In this document: positions 1-11,700 of the stretch, in pieces
How the letters are laid out: each line of letters begins with the position of its first letter
How positions within the stretch are numbered: position 1 is the stretch's first letter
Assembly (NCBI GenBank): GCA_043228905.1
Contig: JBHGNT010000011.1
Coordinates: 7,254,001-7,318,000 of the forward strand
Direction of reading: 5' to 3'
Length of the DNA stretch: 64,000 nucleotides
From: Azolla caroliniana
Lineage: Eukaryota > Plantae > Polypodiophyta
Translations under genes and position numbers: made by a program
The notes under the pieces: generated by a model
Database searches by the model: none
What the model was told of the DNA's origin: nothing
What the model saw: only the letters and a program-made list of their open reading frames with translations

Positions 1-323
1 TAGGCCGTTAAAGGCTTATGGTCTGAGCCTAGTATGTAGGCATATTCCTTGGAGTTAGTGTAGAGGCTCATTTATGAGCATCCAAGTACTTATGGCACTT
101 GTGTCAATCCGTGTAAGGACTTGTACAAAAGTGCTCTCTGAGCACATTCTATGTACAGAGTATTATTTTCGAAATCAAGTTTGGTTCTGCACCCTCTCTC
201 TCTCTCTGTCTCTCTTATGTATGCATGTTAAGGTTTCCATTAAACCTTCATCTCTGTTTTCTATTGTTCCTTCGCTATCTACCTGAGCCAGTTTGTTTAC
301 ACTTCCGCACGCTATCGTTTTCA
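1..323 (+). repeat. 3' part of a copia (family B) LTR, cut by the window edge
   Basis: Shares motifs (GGCCGTT..., ATATTCCTTGGAGTTAGTGTAG, CT microsatellite, TTCCATTAAACCT, ACACTTCCGC) with the LTRs at 22781-23231 and the reverse complement of 14953-15340 and 32776-33187; ends in ...TTTTCA. Confidence 0.75.
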
Positions 324-493
324 CCATATATACGTTTATATGTTCCTTCATCTCCTAATCCCTCTTAAATTCTCGAGTTGTTTTCCTTAATTCGTAGCCA
401 CCTTGTTTTCTATAATGTATTATAATTTACAATTCTCTCTAATCGGTTTGGTCAAGCCCTCATAATGTGTACGACTATCGTTCATCCCATACA

Positions 494-1173
494 TGTTGGG
501 AGACAGGTCCCTCCTGATGGGAAGGGAGAAGAACAATGCTGATGAACAAACTCCGCCGAGGCCGATAGGCCGAGGCCGAAACCGGATGAGGAGTACCCGA
601 CTACGGAGAGCCGGATGGTGCAGACCCGGTGAGAACCGGATGAGGAGTACCCGGCCACGGAGAGCTGGATGGTGCAGACCCAGTGAGGAATGCTCACTGG
701 ATGAAGAGACATATTCATAAATATGTTTCTGAGAGCCCATCGAGGCTATATTTGTAAATAGCCGAAAAGTCATATTAGTATAAATATGACTTAGGGCAAA
801 CTTATAGTAACTATTGTTGTCATTTTTCTTGTTGGTGCAAGAAGAAGAAGAGAGAGCACGTAACAGTGTACAGAGAGAGAGAGAGAGAGAGAAAGAGGTT
901 GCTGCCTCTATTGTAACCGCCGCATGTGGCGAAGATCGTGAGCACGAGGTCGTTGCCTCCGTGAACTCACTGTTTGTACATTCCAACATAGTGATAGTTT
1001 GTAGCCTGTGGGCTGCCGTGGTTTTTCCCTTAGTTTGGGTTTTCCACGTAAACATCCTATGCACCTTTTCTCTCCTTTGTGTCGTGTTTTCTTTCCGTTT
1101 CCTGTTTTTTGTGTATGATTCTAAGCTCGGTTGTGGCCGAGCGTTGTGCAAAAGGAGCGTTGAGTTCCCGTCA
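494..1173 (+). repeat. 5' LTR of copia family A element
   Basis: Direct repeat of 5198-5873 with TG...CA ends; contains two 54-bp tandem units. Confidence 0.95.
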
Positions 1174-1175
1174 AG

Positions 1176-1187
1176 TGGTATCAGAGC
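1176..1187 (+). promoter_or_regulatory. Primer binding site, tRNA-iMet
   Basis: TGGTATCAGAGC, 2 nt after the LTR end. Confidence 0.95.
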
Positions 1188-1202
1188 AAAACGACACAGA
1201 AA

Positions 1203-4200
1203 ATGGACGAATTGTTTGGCAGCATTTCAAGCTCACCGGCTCCAACTATTCAGTGTGGAAGTCGAAGATGAGGGACATGCTCGTGGTTAAAGACCTCTGG
1301 CTGTCGGTTCAGTTCGGGGACAAGAGACCGGACAAAATTGACGCTGCGATATGGGAGGTGATGCACATGAAGACAACGACGTACATACGGTGTTTCATCG
1401 ACATGAGCATGTACAACAACTTCAATGAAGAGAGCAATAAGCTCATGAGCTCTGGGAGAAGATCGGCATAATGTTTCAAAACAAAAATGCTGTTAATCAG
1501 GTTTCGGTGTTCCGGAAGCTAGTAAGACTCCGGTACCAAGATGGCTCGAGCATGGCGGAGTACATGAATGCCTTCCAGGGGCTGATACACCAGGCAACAT
1601 AATTGGAAGTACCTCTCGCCGACGAGGTACTAGCACTACTCCTGCTCGGTTCCCTCCCGGATAGCTGGGAGACGTTGGTCGTCACTTTGGGCAACGCCGG
1701 GCCGGAAGGAAAACGGTTATCCCTAGCAAGAGTGAATTCGAGCTTACTGGATGAGGAGGCGCGTCGGAAAGATAAGGATACGAGCTCCGACTCCAAAGCG
1801 CTCCTTACCGAATCGGAACACGGAAGACATAGAAACCGTAGTCCCCAGAACCGGGAGAAGTCAAGGGGGAGGCCTACTTGCTTCTATTGCGGCAAGCCGG
1901 GACACTTCCAGAAGAACTGTCGGTATTTCCGTAAAGACAAGGAAACCGACGGCACTGATTCGAAGCGGACACCGGACCAGAACGGTAAAGATCGTAGGGG
2001 ACCGGACCGGAAGGGAACGACGGCAATCGCGGCAAGTGAAGAGGAGTTGATGCTCATCACCGAGGAGAGTGAGATAAACCTTGCCGGCGACGAGATGACC
2101 TGGGTGGTAGACTCTGGAGCATCGTTCCACCTTACCCCGGACCGGAAATGCTTCTCATCCTACTCAGCCGGTGATCATGGCTGTGTCCGGATGGGGAATG
2201 AAGGTACATGCCGAATTGTCGGCATAGGAGACGTGTGGCTGTCGACACCAACCGGATGCAAGTTGCTGCTGAGGGATGTCCGACACGTTCCAGAGGTTCG
2301 ACTGAACCTAATATCAGCCGGTCGGCTAGATGATGAGGGCTACACGGGTAGCATCCGGAACGGTGTCATGAAGTTCAGCAAAGGGAGCCTGATTGTGGCT
2401 CGGGCCCGGAAGGTAAACACGTTGTACCTGATGAATGCCCGGTTATGCCCGGAAGAAGTGAACATGGCATCCGACACTGCCGGTGAGCTGTGGCACAAGA
2501 GGTTGTGTCATATGAGCGAGAAGGGGATGAAGAGGCTTGCAGACGACAACCTCATTCCAGGGAAGAACGTGCACTTAGAGAAGTGCACTGATTGTCTGGC
2601 CGGTAAGCAAAACCGGACCTCCTTCCGACCAAGGCCACCGATGAGACGTAATGCACCACTGGAGTTGGTGCATACGGATGTGTGTCAAGTAGACACGAAG
2701 TCACATGCCGGAGCGCAGTACTTCGTGACGTTCATAGATGACCATAGCCGGAAGCTGTGGGCCACACCGTTGAAGACGAAGGATCAGGTGTCATCCGTCT
2801 TCAAAGAGCTCCACGCGAGAGTGGAAAGAGAAACCGGCCGGAAGCTGAAGGCGGTTCGAGCAGATAACGGAGGAGAATACCGGGGGCAGTTCGAGGAGTA
2901 CTGCCGCTCGAAGGGAATCTGGCTTGAATTTCCCGTGCCGAAGACGCCGGAACTAAACGGACTGGCCGAGAGGATGAACCGCATGCAAAACTACCCAAGA
3001 AGTTTTGGGTTGAGGCACTGTCGACGACGACATATGTGATAAATAGATCACCCTTAGTACCCTTGGACAGAGACACGCCACAGAGAGTGTGGACCGGTAA
3101 GGAAGTATCCTACTGGCATCTGAAGGTGTTCGGGTGTCTTGCGTACGTGCATGTAGCTAAGGACCGGAGAGGAAAGTTAGATCCAAAGACCTGGCCATGC
3201 ATATTCCTCGGTTACGGTGACGATGATTTCGGCTACCGAGTGTGGGACCTGGTCGACAAGAAGGTATTCCGGAGTCGAGATATTATCTTCATGGAGAACA
3301 AGACGCTCGCCGATTGGGAGTCGGAGAAGAAGATAATGAACTCTGAGTCGACCGGTAAGGATCGACTCTACGATGAGCAGACCCAACCGGCAAGAGACCG
3401 GTTAGCACTCGAGGGACCAGCCGGTTACGGTGAGGATACCAAACAAGTTGAAGAAGAAGTAGAGGAAGCTGAAACCGGAACCGGCCAAGACCCCGAATCG
3501 GATTCGGATGAAGAACAGATAGATGAGCTGGTCACCGAAGCCTAGAGACGGAGATATCCTCTCAGAGAGAGAAGGGCCCCCTGGAGATTTCCGGATGCAG
3601 ATCATGTTCTGCTGACCGATGAGGGGGAGCCGGAAAGCTTCGAAGAAGCGAAGGATGACACCCATAGCCGCAAATGGTTAAGTGCCATGCAGGATGAGAT
3701 GGATTCCCTGCATGAGAACCATACGTACGAATTGGTGGAGTTGCCGAAAGGAAAGCGGGCACTCCGAAACAAGTGGGTGTACAAGTTGAAACCGGGAGAT
3801 GCTGGCAACCCCCCGAGATACAGAGTCAGGATCGTGGTGAAGGGGTTCCAACAGAAGAAGGGCGTGGACTTCGACGAGATATTTGCCCCGGTTGTAAAGA
3901 TGACCTCCATCCGGACGGTGCTGAGTATAGCGGCAAGGATGGACCTTGAGGTAGAGCAGCTCGACGTGAAGACGACATTCCTTCACGGCGACCTCGAAGA
4001 GGAGATCTACATGCAGCAACCGGAGGGATTTGTGGAGAAAGGGAAGGAGCACCTGGTATGCCGGCTGAAGAAGAGCTTGTACGGACTAAAGCAGGCTCCC
4101 CGACAATGGTACCGAAAGTTCGATTCCTTCATGACCGATCAAGGGTACCACAAGACGCAGGCCGATCACTGCGTGTTTGTGAAGAAGTTCGAAGGAGGCG

Positions 4201-5187
4201 ACTTTCTGATACTCCTTCTGTACGTGGATGACATGTTGATCGTCGGACGTGACCAAGTCAAAATACGGATGCTGAAGAAGGCTCTCAACCGGACCTTCTC
4301 AATGAAAGACAGATGCTGGGGATGCACATCATTCGGGACCGGTCAAAGAAGCAATTATGGCTGTCACAGGAGAAGTATGTGACAAAGGTGCTTCACCGGT
4401 TCAACATGTCAGAAGCGAAACCGGTCGGATCGACACTTCCGGCAAACTGCAGGCTATCTGGTAAGCAAAGCCCGAAGACGAAAGCAGAGAAGGCCGTCGG
4501 GATATGATGAAGATTCCATATGCCTCTGCCGTCGGGAGCTTGATGTACGCAATGGTGTGTACCCGACCGGATATAGGATACGCAGTCGGAGTGGTGAGCC
4601 GGTTCATGAGCAATCCCAACAAGGAGCACTGGAACGGGGTCAAATGGATACTCCGGTATTTGAAGCGCACTTCAAATATGTGTCTCCGATTCGGCTCCGG
4701 AAAACCTCAACTTGACGGTTTTAACGATTCGGACATGTCGGCTGATGTGGATACTAGTCGGTCTACATCCGGGTATGTAATGACATATGCAGGGGGAGTT
4801 GTTTCTTGGCAATCGAGGCTGTAGAAGACGGTTGCATTGTCAACCACGGAGGCAGAGTACATGGCGGCTGTGGAAGCCAGCAAGGAAATATTATGGATGT
4901 AGGACTTCATCGGAGAGCTCGGTATCCGTCAAGATGAATACCGACTCTATTGTAACAGTCAAAGTGCCATCCATCTTGCTAAGAATGCGGCCTACCATTC
5001 CCGGATGAAGCATATCCAGCGAAGATATCACTAGATCTGGGAAAGAGTAGATGACCAGGAGTTCGCACTAACGAAGATCCACACGGCCGAGAACAGGTTA
5101 GATATGCTTACCAAAGTGCTAATACCCGACAAGCTGGATGCATGCCGGAAGAGGATCGGACTAGTAAGACACCCCATGCCGGAGTGA
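1203..5187 (+). pseudogene. Copia gag-pol polyprotein, disrupted by frameshifts and stops
   Basis: ORF fragments show the zinc knuckle CFYCGKPGHFQKNC, protease WVVDSGAS, GAG-pre-integrase LWHKRLCH, integrase ELVHTDVC...ADNGGEY...NGLAERMN, RT LKKSLYGLKQAPRQW / LLYVDDML and RNase H DSDMSADVDTSRSTSGY. Confidence 0.93.
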
Positions 5188-5197
5188 AGGGGGAGTT

Positions 5198-5873
5198 TGT
5201 TGGGAAACAGGTCCCTCTGGATGGGAAGGGAGAAGAACAGTGCTGATGAACAAACTCCGCCTAGGCCGATAGGCCGAGGCCGAAACCGGATGAGGAGTAC
5301 CAGGCTACGGAGAGCCGGATGGTGCAGACCCGGTGAGAACCGGATGAGGAGTACCCGGCCACGGAGAGCTGGATGGTGTAGACCCGGTGAGGAATGCTCA
5401 CCGGATGAAGAGACATATTCGTAAATATGTTTCTGAGAGCCCATCGAGGTTATATTTGTAAATAGCCGAAAAGTCATATTAGTATAAATATGACTTAGGG
5501 CAAACTTATAGTAACTGTTGTTGTCATTTTTCTTGTTGGTGCAAGAAGAAGAAGAGAGAGCACGTAACAGTGTCCAGAGAAAGAGAGAGAGAAAGAGGTC
5601 GTTGTCTCTGTTGTAACCGCCGCCTGTGGCGAAGATCGTGAGCACGAGGTCGTTGCCTCCGTGAACTCACTGTTTGTACATTCCAACTTAGTGATAGTTT
5701 GCAGCCTATGGGCTGCCGTGGTTTTTCCCTTAGTTTGGGTTTTCCACGTAAACATCCTGTGCACCTTTTCTCTCCTTTGTGTCGTGTTTTTTTTCCGTTT
5801 CCTGTTTCCTGTATATGATTCTAAGCTTGGTTGTGGCCGAGCATTGTGCAAAAGGAGCGTTGAGTTCCCGTCA
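5198..5873 (+). repeat. 3' LTR of copia family A element
   Basis: Direct repeat of 494-1173; preceded by the PPT and followed by TSD ATACA. Confidence 0.95.
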
Positions 5874-5989
5874 ATACACTCTATCATTTTGGCACTCTAA
5901 GGAGGTCCGATCCTTTTCGTATAAGAGGGAGGACCTATCCTTTCTTTGTGTTAGCATATTTCTTTAGCTCTAGCAATGCAATATGCATT

Positions 5990-8720
5990 CTTAGGTGAAA
6001 TAACAAAAGATTAAAGTGCCTTTCTAGCATTTTTTGAGCATCATACTGTCTCTATTGGATTTATCACCGACAATGAAAAGTTTCCTTTGTTGGTAGCCAC
6101 CTTCTATGGTCAAGCTCGAGATTGGTATAATTCTCTTCCACCAAACAAACACGGAGCATATCAATTGTTGGTGCACCAGTTTTGTGCCAAATTTATTCAA
6201 CGGCGAAATGCAACCGAAGTAAGGGAAGAGCTTTTTTGACTAAAGTGCAACCGAGTATGAAAGAAATTTCAAGGATTTGTAGACGATGTGGATTCGTCTT
6301 CTTGGTGGCACTGAAGACAAGTGGGTTAAGATGGAACGATTTAAGATGGTCCAATTGAAAGAACACAAGTTGCTAGTGCCTTTCTGGCTTTGTTTGAGCA
6401 TCATACTGTCTCTATTAGACTCATCACCAACAATGAAAAGTTTCCTTTGTTGGTAGCCACATTCTATGGTCGAGCTTGGGATTGGTATAATTCTCTTCCA
6501 CCAAGCCAACACGGAGCATATCAATTGTTGGTGCACCAGTTTTGTGCCAAATATATTCAACGGCGAAGTGCAACCGAAGTAAGGGAAGAGCTTGTTGGGA
6601 GACAGGTCCCTCCGGATGGGAAGAGAGAAGAACAGTGCCGACGAACAATCTCGGCCTCGGCCGAAACTGGATGAGGAGTACCCGGCTACGGAGAGCCGGA
6701 TGGTGCAGACCCGGTGTGAACCGGATGAGGAGTACCCGGCTACGGAGAGCCGGATGGTGCAGACCCGGTGAAAACCGGATGAGGAGTACTCGGCTACGGA
6801 GAGCCGGATGGTGCAGGCCCGGTGAGAACCGGATGAGGAGTACCCGGCTACGGAGAGCCGGATGGTGCAGGTCCGGTGAGAACCGGATGAAGAGACATAT
6901 TCGTAAATATGTTTCTGAAAGTCCATCGAGGATATATTTGTAAATAGCCGAAAAGTCATATTAGTATAAATATGACTTAGGGCAAACTTATAGTTACTAC
7001 TGTCGTTGTCATTCTCTCGTTGGTGCAAGAAGAGAGAGTGCGTAACAGTGTACAGAGAGACAGAGAGAGAGAGAACGAGGTCGTTGCCTCTGTTGTAACC
7101 GCCGCCTGTGGCGAAGATCGTGAGCACGAGGTCGTTGCCTCCGCGAACTCACTGTTGTACATTCTAGCATAGTGATAGTTTGCAGCCTGTGGGCTACCGT
7201 GGTTTTTCCCTTAGTTTGGGTTTTCCACGTAAACTTGATGCCTCATACGAATCTTCAAACCTCATCTTCAAATGTGCATGGTGGACAAGTTTTTCCAAAT
7301 GTGTATACAACCACAATAGTAAATCCAGTAGGTGTATCTCATGAAGTGGAGCAAGGAAAGAGTGAACAAGGTACAATGGCCTTAGTGAAGCGACACTTTG
7401 ATGAAGTGATGGCCCACTTGTGACAATCCTAAGAAATTCACAACACTATTCCTGATGGTAGTGTCCCTAAAGGGCATCAAGGTGTAATTTGTTATTCTTG
7501 TCAAGAGGAGGGCACATCTCAATAGGATGTCCTCATCAACAACCAAGAGGTATGGGAAGAGGCATGTATCAAGTGCAAAGGAATGGGCAACCACCTATCA
7601 ACAATGGAGTCGACGGAGACAAAGCCATAACACTTCCTAATATGACTTAGGTTCCCACAATTCCTCATAATGTGAACCTTCTTAATTTTATTGATGATAG
7701 TGATCATGCTTGTTAAGTAGCTCTTGTGAAAAGGACAAGAGCCTCTCAAAAGGAGAAAGAAGTAGATGGAGAATCTAGTGCATCAAGACAAAAGAAGAAG
7801 TCTAAGGAGAATGAGAAAGAGGAGAATTTGAGAAGGAGACACTCTGGAAGGAAGATAAAGATGGAGGATATTCCTATGGGAGAAGGTGTAGAAGCTTTCA
7901 ATCTGAAGCATGAATTGATAACAAGTGGACCAAGGATAACATGGCTGCAACTTCTCCAATTATCTCCCACATTAGGAAAGGAGTGGGGGAGGCTTGCTAG
8001 TATCCGCCAAAGTCGAAAGACCATGCATTATGTGGGGACCGTGCGAGTAGAAGACCGCAAGGACATACGTCCAACCATCCTCGTCTCCATCAAGGGGTTT
8101 CACATCAAAGATGCCTTGGTAGATAGTGGTGTCAGGGTAAGCTTGATTTCTGAATTGGTGGTAAACAAAGTGGGAATTCCTATTAGTACGTCATCTTTAG
8201 CCAGGGTGGCTATAACAGTTGGTGGAGTGGTCCATTGCATTGGCATAGTGGAGGATGTGGTCATCAAGTGTTTTGGGGTAAGCATTTCGATGGATATTCA
8301 TGTAATACCACTAAAAGGATCATCATATTCTTTGGTACTAGGAAGACCATGGATGCAAGAACTCAATTTTGTCCAAGATTGGAGCAAAGGTCTGATGACC
8401 ATGACACCATCAAAAGGAGTGAACATACATTATGATATGCAACAACGACGAGTTATTGAGAAAGAAGAAGATGGAATCATTGAATAGGATAATGGGTCCC
8501 CATATGAAAGTGACGAAAGGGAAGATTCCTCATCAGAATGGGAAATGACAACATTATATGCCGTTTTGACGGAAGATGATGATGAAGGAGGTCTAATTAC
8601 CATGGAGCAGAAACTGAACATGATTTCTAAAGATCTTAAAGGGCAAGAGAGGCAACAATTTATTAACTTGATTTCAGAACTTCCTAACCTTTTTATTAGT
8701 GATTATTCTCATATTAGGGG
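5990..8720 (+). pseudogene. Ty3/gypsy gag-protease remnant (host of the nested insertions; RT continues at 14631-14952)
   Basis: Retrotrans_gag-like ATFYGRAWDWYNSLP...YQLLVHQFCAKY (present twice); aspartic protease ALVDSGVRVSLI...LVLGRPWM in ORF 7726-8487. Removing the 8721-14625 copia rejoins SDYSHIRG|VDVIQHDINLKEG, followed by RT-like VSPIVVVPKKKGKWRVCVNYKNLNAATKRDHFPLP. Confidence 0.8.
6593..7234 (+). repeat. 3'-truncated solo LTR of copia family A with an expanded 54-bp tandem repeat
   Basis: Begins TGTTGGGAGACAGGTCCC like 494; homology stops at ...TTTCCACGTAAAC (7234); four 54-bp units start at 6667, 6721, 6775 and 6829. Confidence 0.9.
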
Positions 8721-11700
8721 TGTTGAGCGGCAAGCTCAACCGGAGCCGGATCGGCTGAATAAGCCGGAGCCGGTAAGCGAGACGGATCAGGCGAAACGGA
8801 TCGGTATGACGGTGAGCAAACGAACCGGCAAGCAGTGGAGGCCGGGTGCAATCCGTAACTGGAAGTCCAATCGGAAGCCTAGTATAGGATAGACTACTAG
8901 GTAGCTATAGTCTCGTAGTAAGTGTTAGATGCTCGTGTGAGCATTGAAGTACATGGTACTTCTGTCAGTCCCTAGTGGACTTGTATAAATAGTGCTACTT
9001 AGCACAATGTGTATACAGAGTCTGAAAATAATTTTGAAATTACGTTCTGCTCTCTCTGTCTCTCTCTCTCTCTCTGTGTTGTTCTCTGTTTTACGCTTCC
9101 ACAAACACTCACGTTTTCATGGTATCAGAGCGCGAGGGTTAAGAACCTCTGCTGCAGACATTTACTCTTGAGAAGAAAACCCTAACAGGTCGAAAACAGA
9201 CACAGTAGAAGACATGGATAGAGGCATGGCTACGTCGCTCCCGGTGGAGAATCTTGACAGGAGCAACTACGCATCTTGGTCTTACAAGATGCACCAGTAC
9301 CTGCTTGGACACGGGTACTGGAGTTATGTTGAAGGAGCGAATGATGCGGCGCCCGACTCGGCACACAAGGACTTCCCGGTATGGGAACAAGCGGCAAGCA
9401 GGGTGATGTACTGCTTCGCGTCCAGTGTCGGCGATCAGCTGCTCAGCCACATCCGTGACGCCAAGACATCGAAGGATGCTTGGAGGAACCTGAAAAAGGT
9501 TTTCGCCGCAAGCACCACTGCCCGGAAGCTGCAACTCAGACAGGAGTTGAGCAATGTTCGACAGAAGAACATGTCAGTGGCAGACTACACGGGCCGGATA
9601 AAGGAGATTTGCGACTCGCTCGCCTCTATCAATGTTACCATAGAGGAAGACAAGATGGTGCAGGTATGTCTCGGAGGCCTGGCGTCCAAGTTTGGAGCGT
9701 TCCGGACTGCGGTGTGTACAAGGGAGAATACCCCCTCATTCTTCGACTTACAGTCGATGCTCCTTGTAGAGGAGAACCACGCCGGTGCATCTACCAGTGC
9801 ATCCCCGGACAACCGAATGTTGTACCCGGGAACGGATTGGCTCCATGGGCGTGGTGGAAGAGGTGGGTCGGCACGCAATGGAGGCGGCCGGCAAGAGCAG
9901 GAATGGAGGCACTATGAGCGTGCCGACAGCAGTTCCGGGACTTCCACAAGCAGGGGGAGTCAAGGCGGTGCCGGAGGCCGGCAAGACAAATCCGCTACGG
10001 AATGCTGGTATTGTGGCAAAAAAGGCCACAGGGAAAGCGAGTGCTGGAGAAAGCGTGCCGATTCGGACAAATCCGGATCCGGCAAGACCGGTAAGGATGG
10101 CCGGCAAAACTCGCACTACGCAAACGGATCAGGAGGATCCGGAACCGGAAAGGCCGGTAAGGGGCCAGCCTTGGTGATGAATCACAAGGCAAACTCAATG
10201 AAGAAGACCACTTCCAAAATGGAGGAAGTGTGGTATGTTGATTCCGGTGCGTCAAACAACATGACGAGCCACAAAGAGTGGTTCTCCTTTCTGGAGAAAC
10301 CGGATCAACCAGGAGTAGTCGAAACCAGAGACGACACTCCTCACCCAATCGTGCACGTTGGAGAAGTCCCTCTAAGCCACGTCGGACAGAAAAGGAAGCT
10401 GATGAATGTATTACACGTTCCGACAATCACGAAGAACCTGGTGTCCGTCGGTCAGATTGTCGACTAGGGGATGCAGGTGCGGTTTATGCACCTTGGGTGC
10501 TTCATTGAGGATGAGGGCGAAGTCATTGCGCAAGGGCGCACAGACGGGAGGATGTTTATCCTCAACACCAATGACTTTGGCACCGCTCTGTTCGCGAAAC
10601 GACAGAAGGTCGAGTCGGACATCGACCTGTGGCACAAGCGGATAGGCCACGTCAACTACCGGAGGCTTCAAGACCTGCAAACGAAACAAGTCGTTTTCGG
10701 TTTGCCGAAGTTCAGTGGCCGGAGAGCCGAATTTTGTGAAGCCTACCAACTTGGGAAGCAACACCGGCTTCCATTCCCCACCGAACGGAACCAGAGCCGT
10801 AACAAGCTCGATCTCATCCATTCGGATGTGTGGGGACCGGCACAAAGTGTAAGCCTTGGCGGGAGCCGATACTTCGTCTCCTTCATCGACGACTATACTC
10901 GACATACTTGGATCTACCTCATTGAGCGGAAGAGCGAAGTCTTCGACTATTTCCGGAGCCTCCAGAAGATGGTGGAACGGGAATCGGAGAGGAAGATCAA
11001 ATGCCTTCGGTTGGATGGCGGGAAGGAATATTTTTCCGGCCAATTCACTAGTTATCTGCAGCAGAAGGGAATTCGGCGAGAGTTCAGCTGCAGATACACA
11101 CCGGAGCAAAATGGTGTGGCCGAAAGGAAGAACCGGACACTCGTCGAAGCGGCAAGGGCAATGATGGAGGAGAAGAGCATGCCCCAGTTGTACTGGGCGG
11201 AGGCGGTCCGGACGGCCGTCTACATACAAAACCGCATTCGTGACAAGGTGTCAGCTCATGAGCTGTATTTCGGGCGCAAGCCGAACGTAAGACACCTTCG
11301 GATATTCGGCAGCATAGTGTATGTGCATGTGCCAGATCAGAAGCGGAGAAAGCTGGATGCAAAATCGGAAAAATGCATCCTAGTCGGCTATGCTCAAGAG
11401 CAAAAGGGGTATAAGTGTTATAACCCCCGGACGAAGGAAGTCTGAGTTAGCCGGGATGTCGAGTTCGATGAATCAGCATCTTGGTACTCCGTACTGACTC
11501 CTACTTCCGATCCCGATCCAATGTTGGAAGATCAGGCCAGTGATCTTGAATCAGCCCTGGCAGAGGATGATGAAGCTGGGACTCAAGATGAGAGTCCGGA
11601 ATCGTTGCGGTTGAGTGGACCGAACGAGCGACTGAGTCGGTTGGACCAGTCGGATGAAGAAACGGCAAGTGGTGGAGACTCTACCGTGCTCTCCCCACGC

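Larger units (their letters stand above)
494..5873 (+). mobile_element. Full-length Ty1/copia LTR retrotransposon (family A), degenerate
   Basis: LTRs 494-1173 and 5198-5873 (TGTTGGG...CCGTCA); TSD ATACA at 489-493 and 5874-5878; PBS TGGTATCAGAGC at 1176-1187; PPT GAAGGGGGAG at 5186-5195; domain order gag-PR-IN-RT-RH. Confidence 0.97.

Noticed and set aside
420-1290. ORFs of 243, 158, 204 and 295 aa in family A LTRs (also 5031-5645 and 6240-7127)
   Set aside because: They arise from the in-frame 54-bp repeat and AG microsatellites, have no recognisable domains, and differ in extent between LTR copies.
10411-11229. Long antisense ORFs over copia and gypsy pol (e.g. 272 aa here; 52923-53390; 54043-54627)
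   Set aside because: Shadow ORFs of GC-rich retroelement coding sequence with no independent motifs.
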